Assembly (NCBI GenBank): GCA_963706025.1
Contig: CAVPLM010000005.1
Coordinates: 96,001-160,000, forward strand
Direction: 5' to 3'
DNA: 64,000 bases
Origin: an uncultured Actinomycetes bacterium
Lineage (GTDB): Bacteria > Actinomycetota > Thermoleophilia > RBG-16-64-13
The notes under the pieces are model-generated. The model saw nothing but the letters and a program-made list of their open reading frames with translations. It did no database searches and was not told the DNA's origin. Positions 10,152 to 21,337 of this stretch are shown here, one piece after another (the first letter of the stretch is position 1; every line of letters starts with the position of its first letter). The translations under genes were made by a program, and so were the position numbers.

Positions 10152-11195
10152 ATAGGCTTTGCTGAGTTCATCACCGGCTTTGCCGGACGAGATATGGCAG
10201 TGGATCTGGGTACTGCCACCACGCTGGTGTACGTCCGCGGACGAGGCATCGTCCTCTCCGAGCCGTCGGTCGTGGCCATCGATTCCCGATCGGGAGAGGT
10301 TCTGGCGGTCGGCTCCGATGCCAAGCGCATGCTCGGCCGGACGCCGGGGACCATCACAGCCATCAGACCGCTGAAGGACGGAGTCATCGCCGACTTCGAC
10401 GTGACCGAGCAGATGTTGCGGCACTTCATCCAGCGGGTCCACCAGAATCGCTGGGCTCACCCTCGAGTGGTCGTGTGCGTGCCCTCCGGGGTGACCGGGG
10501 TGGAGCGGCGCGCGGTCGAGGAAGCCACCATCAGCGCCGGCGCCCGTTCGGCCTACCTGATCGAGGAGCCCATGGCTGCCGCCATCGGGGCGGGCCTCCC
10601 TGTGGTCGAGCCCACGGGCAGCATGATCGTCGACATCGGCGGCGGCACCAGCGAGGTGGCGGTCATCTCCCTGGCGGGGATAGTCGTGGCGCAGTCGGTC
10701 CGGATCGGGGGCGACGAGCTCGACGAGGCGATCATCGCCTACATCAAGAAGGAATATAAGCTCATGATCGGCAGCCAGACCGCCGAGGAGTTGAAGCTGG
10801 AGATCGGCTCGGCCTTCCCGTTGGAGCAGGAAGAAGAGGCCGAGATCAGAGGACGCGACCTCGTGACCGGCCTGCCGAAGACCCTGGTGATCTCCTCCGA
10901 GGAAGTGCGCGAAGCCATCGCCGAACCGGTGGCGGTCATCATCGATGCCATCAAAGCCACCCTCGACAAGACTCCCCCGGAACTGGCCTCCGACATCATG
11001 GACCGGGGCATCATGCTCGCGGGAGGAGGGTCTTTGCTGCGAGGCATGTGCGAGCGTGTCCGCGATGAGACCCAGATGCCGGTGAATCTGGCCGAGTCAC
11101 CGCTCACTTGCGTAGCGGTGGGCTCCGGCCGGTCCCTCGAGGAGTTCGATACGCTACATCGGACGTCACAAAAGGCGAAGAGACGCCGCTACTAG
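10152..11195 (+). CDS. mreB: Rod shape-determining actin homolog MreB (start uncertain: ATA 10152, GTG 10104 or ATG 10194)
   Basis: [61 protein letters not shown]. Confidence 0.97.
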   Translation: MGFAEFITGFAGRDMAVDLGTATTLVYVRGRGIVLSEPSVVAIDSRSGEVLAVGSDAKRMLGRTPGTITAIRPLKDGVIADFDVTEQMLRHFIQRVHQNRWAHPRVVVCVPSGVTGVERRAVEEATISAGARSAYLIEEPMAAAIGAGLPVVEPTGSMIVDIGGGTSEVAVISLAGIVVAQSVRIGGDELDEAIIAYIKKEYKLMIGSQTAEELKLEIGSAFPLEQEEEAEIRGRDLVTGLPKTLVISSEEVREAIAEPVAVIIDAIKATLDKTPPELASDIMDRGIMLAGGGSLLRGMCERVRDETQMPVNLAESPLTCVAVGSGRSLEEFDTLHRTSQKAKRRRY

Positions 11196-11210
11196 ATAGC
11201 GGGGGCCCAG

Positions 11211-12080
11211 ATGGTGCGTAACAAGGTAGTCTGGAGACGACTGGTGTTCGTCGTCTTGATAATCGCGTCATTGGCGATCCTCACCGTCTCGTTCAGGGAA
11301 TCGGAGTCGGGTCCTGTTCACGCGGTTCAGCAGGCCGGACTCAGCCTCCTGTCTCCGCTTCAGTCATGGGGCGCTCGGGCCGCGGAACCCTTCCAGGACG
11401 GCTATGGTTGGATCCGGACCCTGTGGTCGGCGCATCAAGAGGTCGAACGCCTGGCGGCAGAGCTGCAAGAGCTCCAGGGGGAAGCCGTGAAACTCAAGGA
11501 ACAGGCGGAAGAGAACCAGCGCTTGAAGAGCCTGCTGGATCTCCGAGACAAGGCTACCTTCCCTGAGGGGACCGATTTCGAAGTGGCTCGGGTCACCGGG
11601 AAGTCGCCCACCCGCTGGGAGGCTTGGATCCAGATAGACAAGGGCTCGGCCGACGGTATCAGGGTGGATCAACCGGTGGTGGGAGCTACGCCTACGGCCG
11701 GAGAATCGCTGGCAGGCAAGGGGCTGGTGGGCAAGGTCACCGCGGTCACCGCTCATTCGGCCCAGGTGCAGCTCATAACCGACTCCGAATCGAGCGTGGC
11801 CGCGAAGATACAAGGACCCCGGGCCGAAGGTATCGTCGAGGGTTCGGTGTCGGGCACGCTGACCATGGATTTCGTCGACCGGGACATTCCCGACGTGGAG
11901 CCCAAGCTGGTGGTGGTCACCTCGGGGTTCGGCGGCATCTATCCTCCGGCCATCCCTATCGGCATAGTCGCAGACGTGGGCGAGGAGGATGTCAACATTT
12001 ACAAAGAGATCGAGGTCCAGGCCTTCGTCGATTTCCGGGTGCTCGAGGAAGTCATGGTACTGATCCTTCCGGAGGCATGA
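11211..12080 (+). CDS. mreC: Rod shape-determining protein MreC
   Basis: N-terminal TM helix, coiled coil ENQRLKSLL, IDKGSADGI, GLVGKV, VVTSGFGGIYP; position in mre operon. Confidence 0.95.
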   Translation: MVRNKVVWRRLVFVVLIIASLAILTVSFRESESGPVHAVQQAGLSLLSPLQSWGARAAEPFQDGYGWIRTLWSAHQEVERLAAELQELQGEAVKLKEQAEENQRLKSLLDLRDKATFPEGTDFEVARVTGKSPTRWEAWIQIDKGSADGIRVDQPVVGATPTAGESLAGKGLVGKVTAVTAHSAQVQLITDSESSVAAKIQGPRAEGIVEGSVSGTLTMDFVDRDIPDVEPKLVVVTSGFGGIYPPAIPIGIVADVGEEDVNIYKEIEVQAFVDFRVLEEVMVLILPEA

Positions 12081-12081
12081 A

Positions 12082-12621
12082 GTGGGTCGCAGGCGCCTCA
12101 TAGCGGCGGGGAAAGTGCTGTTGCTCCTCGTCATCGCGGTCGCGTTGCAGACCCTTATCGTGTCGCGAGTGAGTGTCCTTGGGGTCACCGCCGATCTCTT
12201 TCTGATCTTCACCGTGGTGGTGGCGATGGGTCGGGGTTCCATGGAGGGCGCTATCTTCGGCTTCTTCGCCGGCCTGATCGCCGACATCGCCTTCTTCCAG
12301 CCCTTGGGAGTGCGGGCGCTCATCTACGTGCTTGCAGGTTACTTCGTGGGGATGTTCGTCGCCCGGTTCGGGATGATGACCCCCTGGGGGGTACTGTTCT
12401 TGGCGGGGGGAACTTCCTTCGTCGCCCAGTTCGTCTTTGGGTTGTTCCAGTACATCATGGGCCCGCAGGCTGATTTCCTTACCATGGTGGGCACGCAGAT
12501 GCTGCCGGAGGCCATCCTCGACGCGCTCATCGCCGTCCCGGTCTACGCGCTCTTGGTCCGTCTGCGGGTCATCCGGGCTCCCGGTGTGTCACCAGCAACG
12601 GGTAGGAGTGGGGCGGAATGA
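12082..12621 (+). CDS. mreD: Rod shape-determining protein MreD
   Basis: Multi-TM protein with GAIFGFFAGLIAD, between mreC and the PBP2 gene. Confidence 0.92.
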   Translation: MGRRRLIAAGKVLLLLVIAVALQTLIVSRVSVLGVTADLFLIFTVVVAMGRGSMEGAIFGFFAGLIADIAFFQPLGVRALIYVLAGYFVGMFVARFGMMTPWGVLFLAGGTSFVAQFVFGLFQYIMGPQADFLTMVGTQMLPEAILDALIAVPVYALLVRLRVIRAPGVSPATGRSGAE

Positions 12622-14543
12622 TCCTGCGTCCGGTAAAAGAGAGAAGACCGCCCGAGGACGATTCCTTTGTGGGCATCAGGGTGGGCGTGCTGCTGCTTGT
12701 CGCTTTCGCCCTTCTTGCGGTGCTTGTCTTCCGTTTGTGGTTCCTCCAGGTCCTCTCCGGCGACGAGTTCGTCGCCTACGCGAAAGACAATCGAGTGCGC
12801 GAGGTGGTGATCGAGGCGCCCCGGGGGGTCGTTTATGATCGCAATGGACAGATCCTGGTTGAGAATCGGGCGGGTCTGAGCGTCGGGCTTCTGCCTATGC
12901 GTATGTACGACCCGGAGGAAGAACCCGCGCAGTTCCAGGCTGAGATCTCCAACTTGGCGGGACTGCTCGAGATCCCCGAAGCCGATCTACTCAAGGCCTA
13001 CGAGCGGGCCACGAAGGACCCCTACGTGACACATACGGTCAAAGATGACGTTTCGGAGAGCTCGACGGTGGCCTACCTCAAAGAGCACAGCCTGGATTTT
13101 CCCGGCGTCGAGGTGGAGACATCGTCTTTGCGCCAATACCCGTATAGATCGTTTGCCACTCACCTGCTGGGCTATGTCGGCGAGATATCCGAGAACGATC
13201 TGGATCAGACCTTGTTCGCCGAGCTCGAGGCCGGAGCCCACATCGGCAAGGATGGGGTGGAACGCACCTACGACTCGTTCCTCCGCGGTACGGATGGCCG
13301 TAAGACGGTCGAGGTGGACGCAGCCGGCCGCCCGAAGAAGTTCCTCGAGGATGTGGCGGCCAAGCCGGGCAACAATCTGGTCCTGACCATCGACACCGAG
13401 TTGCAGCAGGCGGCGGAAGAAGCCATCGCAGAGGGCCTCGAGCGGGCCCACCAGGACCCACAATTCGCGAAAGCGGCCGCTGGGGCGGTGGTGGCTCTCG
13501 ACCCGCGCAGCGGGCAGGTACTGGCCCTGGCCTCCTATCCGGACTACGATCCTACGCTGTGGGTGGGAGGCATGAGCAGCGAGTCGTACGCGGAGCTGAA
13601 GGCGCCGGAGGCCCACAATCCTCTGTTCGATCGGGTCCTCAGCGGTCTGTATCCGGCCGCCTCCACGTTCAAGGCCTTCGTAGCCGCCGCGGCTCTCGAC
13701 GCAGGGATCGTCAAAGCGGACACCATCCTGCACTGCGACGGCAGCTTCGAGGCGGCTGGGCAGAAGTGGAAGTGCTGGAAGGATGAAGGCCATGGCGATC
13801 TGAACCTTATCGCGGCCATCGCCCAATCCTGCGATGTCTATTTCTACAACCTGGGATACCTGCTGTACAAGCAGACCGGGGCCGTGCTCCAGGAGGGGGT
13901 ACGCGAGTTCGGTTTCGGGCGGCCGACCGGCATCGACCTTCCCGGAGAGACGAACGGGACTCGGGTCCCCGACAGATTGTGGAAGCAGGAAACCGGTAAG
14001 GACGCGGAAGCGCAGGCTTGGAAGCCCGGGGACGAGATCAACTTGGCCATCGGGCAGGGCGACCTCTTGGTCACGCCCCTGCAGATGGCCGTGGCGCTGT
14101 CCGCCATCGCCAACGGCGGTGATGTGTGGGTGCCTCATCTGGGTCTGAAGATCACGGACTCCTCCGGCAACGTCATCCACCAGTTCGAGAGCGAGAAGCG
14201 CGGGGAGCTCGGCTTCAGTGACGATATCTTGAGCACGGTGAGGAGAGGCATGAGACTGGTGACCTCCGACCCCTCCGGCACCGCGTACGCCACTTTTGCG
14301 AACTTCCCCCTGTCCGTGGCCGGCAAGACGGGTACTGCGGAGAAGAAGCCGGATGCCGACTACGCGCTCTTCATGGGATACGCCCCCGCCGACGGCAACT
14401 CCGAGCCGGAGATAGTGGTGGTCGCCATCGTTGAGCAAGGAGGGCACGGCAGTTCCGTGGCTGCTCCGGTGGTCCGCCGTGTCATGGAGGCCTATTTCCA
14501 TACCGAATCACCGGGACCGCAAAACGTCCCGGTGACGGAATAA
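12618..14543 (+). CDS. mrdA: Penicillin-binding protein 2 (class B, elongation)
   Basis: APRGVVYDRNG, SxxK (STFK), SCDVYFY, IGQG, KTGT. Confidence 0.95.
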   Translation: MILRPVKERRPPEDDSFVGIRVGVLLLVAFALLAVLVFRLWFLQVLSGDEFVAYAKDNRVREVVIEAPRGVVYDRNGQILVENRAGLSVGLLPMRMYDPEEEPAQFQAEISNLAGLLEIPEADLLKAYERATKDPYVTHTVKDDVSESSTVAYLKEHSLDFPGVEVETSSLRQYPYRSFATHLLGYVGEISENDLDQTLFAELEAGAHIGKDGVERTYDSFLRGTDGRKTVEVDAAGRPKKFLEDVAAKPGNNLVLTIDTELQQAAEEAIAEGLERAHQDPQFAKAAAGAVVALDPRSGQVLALASYPDYDPTLWVGGMSSESYAELKAPEAHNPLFDRVLSGLYPAASTFKAFVAAAALDAGIVKADTILHCDGSFEAAGQKWKCWKDEGHGDLNLIAAIAQSCDVYFYNLGYLLYKQTGAVLQEGVREFGFGRPTGIDLPGETNGTRVPDRLWKQETGKDAEAQAWKPGDEINLAIGQGDLLVTPLQMAVALSAIANGGDVWVPHLGLKITDSSGNVIHQFESEKRGELGFSDDILSTVRRGMRLVTSDPSGTAYATFANFPLSVAGKTGTAEKKPDADYALFMGYAPADGNSEPEIVVVAIVEQGGHGSSVAAPVVRRVMEAYFHTESPGPQNVPVTE

Positions 14544-14554
14544 ACGGCGGCCCG

Positions 14555-15755
14555 ATGAATCAACACGCCAGCGTGCTACAGACGGGGCGAGAACGCCGGC
14601 AGCCCCTGGGTTTCTCCCTGGGCGCGTACCTGCGCAGCCTCGACTGGATCTTGCTGGCGGCCACGCTTGCTCTGGCCGCGTTCGGCCTGTTCATGCTCTA
14701 CTCGGCCACCCACGCCGACCCGAACATCTCCAGCCCGTTCTTCTACGTGCGGTCACAGGGGATCGGCTTGGTGCTGGGATTCGTCTTCATGATCATTCTG
14801 AGCGTCGTGAACTACCAGCACATCGCTCGATGGCGGACCTATATCTATGGGCTCACCCTGGTGCTGCTCGTCCTGACTCTGGTCCTCGGCTCCGGGGACG
14901 AGACGGTGGGGGCCAACCGTTGGCTCGAGTTGCCGTTCTTGAGACTGCAGACGTCCGAACTGGCCAAGCTTCTACTCATCCTCTCCCTCGGAGCCGTGCT
15001 CGCCGAGGGGGTCGAGCTCCGGCGACGTCTGCGCTTCGTGATCCTGTGCGTCGTGTACACGCTCATCCCCTGCGCGCTCGTGTTCTTGCAGCCCGATCTC
15101 GGGACCGCACTGGTGTTCCTCGCCATCCTCATGGTCATGCTGATCGTCTGGGGCATCCGCCTGTCGCATCTGGGGCTTCTGGCCGGCGTAGGGATCTTCG
15201 CGATCGTGTTCGCTCTGCGGATCCTACCCAGCGTCTTTGGCGTCAGCCTCCTCAAGGACTACCAGATGAATAGGCTCACGACCTTCCTGAATCCGGAGAA
15301 TCGATCCCACGGGCCTGGGATACCAGTTGACCCAGAGCAAGATCGCAGTGGGCAGCGGCATGTTCACCGGGAAGGGCTACATGGAAGGAACGCAGACGCA
15401 TCTCAATTTCTTACCGGCCCATCACACCGACTTCATCTTCTCGGTCATCGGTGAGGAGTTGGGCTTCATGGGAGCGATGCTACTGCTCGGACTGTTCGCG
15501 TTGATCATCTGGCGGGCGTTTCGGATCGCCCGCATGTCTCGCCACCTGTACGGTACCCTGATCGCCGCCGGTGTGGCGGCCGTGTTCGTCTTCCAGGTCT
15601 TCGTGAATGTAGGCATGACCATGGGGATCATGCCGGTGACCGGGATCCCGTTGCCCCTCGTCAGTTTTGGTAGCAGCTCCCTGGTAGTATTCTTTATGGC
15701 TGTCGGCCTATTGGAGAGCGTGCACGTCCATTCAGTGGCCGGCCCGAACACGTAG
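14555..15755 (+). CDS. rodA: SEDS protein RodA; +1 frameshift near 15299 (probable sequencing error)
   Basis: ANRWL, LQTSELAK, QPDLGT in first frame; DPTGLGYQLTQSKIAVGSG, LPAHHTDFIFSVIGEELG, PVTGIPLPLVSFG in second. Confidence 0.93.
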
Positions 15756-15789
15756 GGACCTTGACACCAGAGGGATCGGGAGGGTGCAA

Positions 15790-16642
15790 GTGGCCAAGTT
15801 ACCGCTCAACTTGTCGAAAGCCATCGAGGCCTGGAAAGAAGTCTCGACCAGGACCGAGCAGTCGGCCGGCATACGTCCTGGCCGGGGAGAGCCGGCTGGT
15901 GGAGTTGGCGCAGCACCACTTCTCGGTCGGGGGAACCGTGCCGGCCACCTGGGTCGGACCCTTGGCGGAGCTGCCCGGATTCTTGTCAGGCCCCGGCGAA
16001 GTCCTGGTGGTGCTGGTTCCGGCCGCCGCCGAAGCGGAAGCTTTGGACGCGATAGAGCGGTCGGCGCCGAGGGGCGGAGCTGTCATCGCGGTCGAAGAAG
16101 GCGCGCAGGCAACGGGCAGGGTGACTCATCCGGGTCTGGGGCTTGCACGAGTGTCGTTCTCCGACTCGGCTGCCGGCTGGCGTCAGGTCTTTGCCTGTTG
16201 CGCCACCGAGGCGGGGCATCAATCGGTGGCCCTCGCCCGCCGCTATCCGGCACTGAGGATGGCCGCGGCCCAGAAAGTGATCAACAGGACCGCCGGCCAG
16301 AACGCCTTGATCGGTTTGGCGTTCTTCGTTCCCGGGGCCGACATGCCGGCCATGACTCTCAACCAGATCAAGATGGTGCTATCCGTCGCCGGCATCCACG
16401 GGGAAAGGATCGATCTCGATCGGGCGGTGGAGCTTGCGGCGATCGTGGGGATGGGCTTCGGGTTCCGATCCGTTTCCCGCAGGCTCGCCCGGCGGATGCC
16501 GGCGGTCGGCTGGGTGCTGAAGCCCCTGACCGGCTATGGGGCGACCATGGCGATGGGTCTGGGTGCAGTCCGCTACTTCGAGAAAGGCGCTCCTGCCTCC
16601 ACCAGCCGGGTGGTGGCTCTTGCCGGCTCTCTGAAGCATTGA
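15790..16642 (+). CDS. DUF697-like protein; +1 frameshift near 15874
   Basis: GTG after GGGAGG gives MAKLPLNLSKAIEAWKEV, continuing after a shift into VLAGE...PGADMPAMTLNQIKMVL...GWVLK...VRYF, resembling DUF697. Confidence 0.7.
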
Positions 16643-19186
16643 CTCAGACGGCGGTCCAGCTTCGCTTCGAAGAAATCCTCTCGAGGATCCGGCAGCCCGC
16701 CAGACTGATAGGCGAAGAATTCGGAGCCGGTCCCGGCTTCGCGGGGTTTCCCGGCGAACTTCGCGTCGTGCTGGGTTTTCCGGACACTTACGAGATCGGT
16801 ATCTCCAACCAGGCCATCCAGATCCTCTATCACCTCGCGCGAGAGATGGAGGGAATAGCGGTCGAGCGCACCTATCTGCCTTGGATCGACGCCATCACCG
16901 AGATGAGGCGGCAGGGAGTCCCGCTCTTGACCCTCGAAACCTGGAGCCCGGTGCGGGAGGCCGACTTACTCGGGCTGACGCTCCAGCACGAGTTCAACTA
17001 CTCCAACCTGCTCGAGATGCTCGACCTGGCGGGTATCCCGCTGCTTGCCCGCGAGAGGACAGAAGCGGATCCTATCGTGCTGGCGGGCGGTCCGGCCTGT
17101 GGCCGACTTCCTGCCCTTGAGCCGGTTCCTGGACGCCGTGGCCGTTGGCGACGGTGAGGAGTTGTTCCCCGAGATCCTTCACGCTCTCGTGGAGAGCAAG
17201 AGCTGGGGAGGCCCGCGAGCCGAAGTGAAGCGGCAACTCGCGCTGATCGAGGGAGTCTACGTGCCCGGTCTGAGCGCCACCGTCACTCGGAGAGGCCTGC
17301 CCCGGCTTGCAGGCGCTCCCTATCCGGAGTCTTGTCTCGTGCCTCTGACGGCCGGGGTGCACGATCGCGCCTGGGTGGAGATCATGCGCGGCTGCACCCG
17401 GGGCTGCCGCTTCTGCCAAGCGGGTATGTGGTACAGGCCGGTGCGGGAGCGGTCGCCGGTCGAAATCGTGACGATGGCCGGCGCCCAGTTCGCAAGCAGC
17501 GGCCATCAGGAACTGGCTTTGGCCTCGCTCTCGACCACGGACTACTCGCGACTCGGTGAGCTGCTGGCGGAGACGGTGCGGTCGTATCCTGACGTCAAAG
17601 TGTCGCTGCCTTCGCTGCGGGTGGACAGCGCGGCGGTGAGGCTCGCACAGTTGGCGTCTCCCACGGGGCCTTCGCTAACGTTGGCCCCGGAGGCGGGCAG
17701 CCAGCGCATGTGGGACATCATCAACAAGAACGTGACCGAGGCGGACGTTCTGGCGGCCGCCGAGGAGGCCCTGCGGTCGGGACGGACCACTCTCAAGCTC
17801 TATTTCATGATCGGGCTGCCGCTGGAAACGGAGGCCGACGTCATGGCCATCGCCGATCTGTGTCTGCGCGTGCGCGACCTGGGCCGACGCGTGTTGGGGG
17901 CCCGGGCGGGGCGGCTGCAGCTCAACGTGAGCGTCAACAACTTCGTACCCAAGCCTTTCACTCCGTTCCAATGGGCCGGCATGGCCGACCGCGACACCCT
18001 GGCCCGTCGGCAGGACCTGCTGCGTTCACGGCTGCGGAAGCCGGGCGTGAAGCTCACCCTGCATGGGGTGGACAAGAGCTACCTGGAGGCGGCCCTAGCC
18101 CGAGGCGGGGAGGAGATGGGCGAGGTCATTGAGGAAGCCTGGCGGCGAGGGGCCCGCTTCGACTCCTGGACCGAGCAGTTCCGCGGTGACGCCTGGGCCG
18201 AGGCGCTGGCGGGCGCCGGCACGTCGGCCGAGCGCCTGGCCACGACCCCGATCCCGCGAGATTCGCCTTTACCTTGGGAGGTCATCAGAGGTGTCGTGGA
18301 CCGGGACTTCCTCTTGGAGGAGTGGAAGCGAGCCGTGGATGGTGCAGTCACAGCGGACTGCCGGTGGGAGGGTTGCAGCGCCTGTGGGGCATGCCCGGAT
18401 TCCCCGGCGAACGACCTGGCTGCGCCGTCCGGCCGGCCGGTGGAGGCGGCCGGAGACCCGGCCGCCATCGAACAGGCTGCCCCCCAGCAACACGGTCCCC
18501 GAGGTCAGACCCAGCGGCGGCGGTACCTACTCGCTTTCTCGGTCACAGGAAAGGGCCGGTTCGTAGGGCATCTGGACCGGGTAGAGATCTTCCGGCGGGC
18601 GGTGAGGAAGGCCGGGGGACGGTTGGCCCTCTCTGAAGGCATGCGTCCCAAGCCTCTCCTCAGTCTGGCTCTTCCCTTGGCCGTGGGATGGGAGGGTGTC
18701 CAGGAGTTGTGCGAGTTCGAACTGGCCGAAGAGCCGCCGCCGCTGTTCTTCCAGCGGCTCAGCTCAGTGGTGCCTGCGCACATGCGACTGCTCTCGCTTG
18801 CTCCACACGAGGCGCTGCGTTCGCTCCCCGCGCGAGTGGTCGGGGCGGTGTACGAGGTCCGGATACGCGTGCTGTCTCCTGGACCAGGTGCGGGTCCCGA
18901 ATCGGGCCTACTGCTGTCCGATGCCTCCGAGCGCTTCGAACGAGCTCCTGCGCTGGTGGTGGAAGAGAGGCGAGAGGGGAGGGTCCGCAACCTCGATGTC
19001 AAAGCCTACGTCGACCGCCTCAGGGTGGAGACAGGCGAGCAGGAGGTGCATACCCTGACGTTCAGGGCCGCGGTCACACCTTCGGGCACCGCCCGCCCGG
19101 AACGCATCGTCGAAGCCATGAGTGCCCTGACCGGCCTGGAGCTTGGCATCGTACAGATCATCCGAACGGAGATCGAGCTCGTATGA
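16639..19186 (+). CDS. TIGR03960-type radical SAM protein fused to a TIGR03936/DUF2344 domain; +1 frameshift near 17101
   Basis: FPDTYEIGISN, LAGGP, EIMRGCTRGCRFC (CxxxCxxC), APEAGSQR, KLYFMIGLP, FVPKPFTPFQW, DCRWEGCSACGAC; C-terminal RFVGHLD..RRA..SEGMRPKP..ALPLAVG. Confidence 0.88.
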
Positions 19187-20629
19187 AACAGCTTCTCATC
19201 TCCCGTGACGCTTTGGAGACTCGCGTCGCCCTGCTCGAGGAAGGACGGTTGGCTGAACTCTACCTGGAACGTCCGGGGCACCTCTCTCTGGTGGGCAACA
19301 TCTACAAGGGGAGGGTGGAGAACGTCTTGGCCGGGATGGACGCGGCCTTCGTGGATATCGGTCTGGAGCGCAACGGGTTCCTCTATGTGGACGAAGTCGC
19401 ACCCCCCGACGGAGGGGCGGGGCAGACTCGAAAGATCACCAACTTGCTACGGGGCGGGAAAGAGCTGCTCGTCCAAGTGACCCGCGACGCTATGGGAGGC
19501 AAGGGTCCGCGGCTGACCACGCAGCTTGGACTTGCCGGCCGCTACGTCGTCTATCTACCGCAGGCCGCGACCTCAGGAGTATCTCGTCGGCTGGACGACC
19601 CGGAGCGGGAGCGGTTGCGTGATATCTGCCGGGAACTCAAGCCCGACCGCGGAGGGTTGATCGTCCGCACTGCGGCCGAAGGCGTAGGGGAAGAGGCCGT
19701 CGAGCGGGACCTGCGCTTCTTGCAGAGGGTCTGGGACGGGGTCGAACGCCGCGCTCTTGCGTCCCGGGCGCCATCCCTCGTGTATACGGAGGTAGAGGTG
19801 GCCATGCGCGCGGTGCGCGATCTTCTGGGCGCCGAGTTCGGCGGCGTGCTGGTAGACGACGAGAAGCTTCATCGCCGCCTGGTGAACTACCTTAGAGCCG
19901 CTGCCCCTGAGTTGGCGGGGCGAGTGGAGCTCTACGAGGAGCCGGTGTCGCTCTTCGAGCGTTTTGGCCTCGAGCAAAGAGGCGCAGAAGGCGCTGGTCC
20001 GCCGCGTAGAGCTGCCTTCGGGCGGATACATCGTGATCGACCACACCGAGGCGATGACCGTGGTCGACGTGAACACCGGCCGCTACGTAGGTCGGCGATT
20101 CCTGGAAGAGACAACCCTCAAGACCAACCTGGAAGCCTGCAGGGAGATCGTCCGCCAGCTGCGGCTGCGGGACATCGGAGGCATCATCGTCATCGATTTC
20201 ATCGACATGACCGCTCGAGCCAACAGGGAGGCCGTGCTATCGGCTCTGGAGGCCGAACTGGCTCAGGACCGTACCAAGACCTACGTGGTCGAGATCTCAC
20301 CCCTGGGTTTGGTAGAGATGACCCGTCAGAACGTCACCCGAGGGTTGCGCGAGGCGATGACCTGCACGTGCCCGGTCTGTCACGGAGAAGGACGGGTGAT
20401 CTCCGAGGAATCCGCGCTTATCGAAGTTGAACGACGCCTACGGAGCCTGGCGCTAGCGGCCACTCTCCAGGGACTAAGGGTAGAGGTGCATCCGCGGATA
20501 GCGGTGCTCCTGCTGGGAGGACGGAGTCCGCGCATACGGAAGCTCGAGGCGCTCACCGGGCGTCAATTCTTCGTGGATGCCGCCGGTGAAGGCGTTCCCC
20601 TCGACTACCTGACCGTCGCACCGGACTAG
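19183..20629 (+). CDS. Rne/Rng family ribonuclease (short, RNase G-like); +1 frameshift near 19978
   Basis: VGNIYKGRVENVLAGMDAAFVDIG, KGPRLT, VDVNTG, LRDIGGIIVIDFIDM, GLVEMTRQ, Zn-link CPVC. Confidence 0.93.
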
Positions 20630-20649
20630 TGGTCTCCCACGGGCAGGCT

Positions 20650-20658
20650 TGCTATACT
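20650..20658 (+). promoter_or_regulatory. Putative extended -10 promoter of rplU-rpmA-obgE (TGcTATACT)
   Basis: Near-consensus TG-N-TATACT 63 nt before the rplU ATG. Confidence 0.6.
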
Positions 20659-20721
20659 GCCTTGCTCGCGGCCGCGCCGCGCGGCCCGTGCAGCAAGGTA
20701 TGAGAACGCGAGGTACTTCAG

Positions 20722-21024
20722 ATGTTCGCTATCGTCGTGATCGGCGGCAAGCAGTACCGTGTAGAAGAGGGACGGGAGGTCGTGGTCGACCGCCTCGACG
20801 CTGCCGAAGGGACGACAGTCGAGTTCCAACCTCTGCTGGTGGCTGACGGCAAGAAGGTCAGACTGGCAGGGGGAGGCAAGGAAGCCACGGTCACGGCCCG
20901 GGTCGTGGAGCATTTTCGGGGACCCAAGATCACCATCTCGAGATTCAAGCCCAAGCGGGGCTGGCGCAAGAAGACCGGCTTCCGCTCGGGGCTTACTCGT
21001 CTCGAGGTGCAGAAGATCTCTTAG
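20722..21024 (+). CDS. rplU: 50S ribosomal protein L21
   Basis: [17 protein letters not shown]...KTGFR..LT. Confidence 0.96.
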   Translation: MFAIVVIGGKQYRVEEGREVVVDRLDAAEGTTVEFQPLLVADGKKVRLAGGGKEATVTARVVEHFRGPKITISRFKPKRGWRKKTGFRSGLTRLEVQKIS

Positions 21025-21037
21025 GAAGGAACTAGAG

Positions 21038-21289
21038 ATGGCTCACAAGAAAGGCGGCGGCAGTTCCAGGAACGGCCGTGATTCCAACGCCCAGCGTCTG
21101 GGCGTGAAGGCGTTTGCCGGCGAGACGGTCAAGGCCGGCGCCATCCTGGTGCGCCAGCGTGGCACTCGCTTCCGCCCGGGCCTCAACGTAGGCATTGGCT
21201 CTGACGACACCCTGTTTGCGAAAGCCGCCGGTCGGGTGGTCTTCGCCAAAGGCAGAGTGGGGCGCGTCGTCAGCATCCTCGCCGAGTAA
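21038..21289 (+). CDS. rpmA: 50S ribosomal protein L27 (no N-terminal extension, no prp gene)
   Basis: [32 protein letters not shown]. Confidence 0.98.
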   Translation: MAHKKGGGSSRNGRDSNAQRLGVKAFAGETVKAGAILVRQRGTRFRPGLNVGIGSDDTLFAKAAGRVVFAKGRVGRVVSILAE

Positions 21290-21337
21290 CGGCCTCTCGA
21301 TCATCCACGGCTGGGCTCGCCTCCTCCGGGGCCGTCC

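Noticed and set aside
15761-15766. TTGACA upstream of the DUF697 gene as a -35 box
   Set aside because: No TANNNT at 16-18 nt spacing, and it is too close to the start codon
15784-17157. 457-aa ORF appearing to fuse the DUF697 N-terminus to the radical SAM N-terminus
   Set aside because: Produced by the +1 error near 15874; the middle part is an off-frame reading of the DUF697 gene
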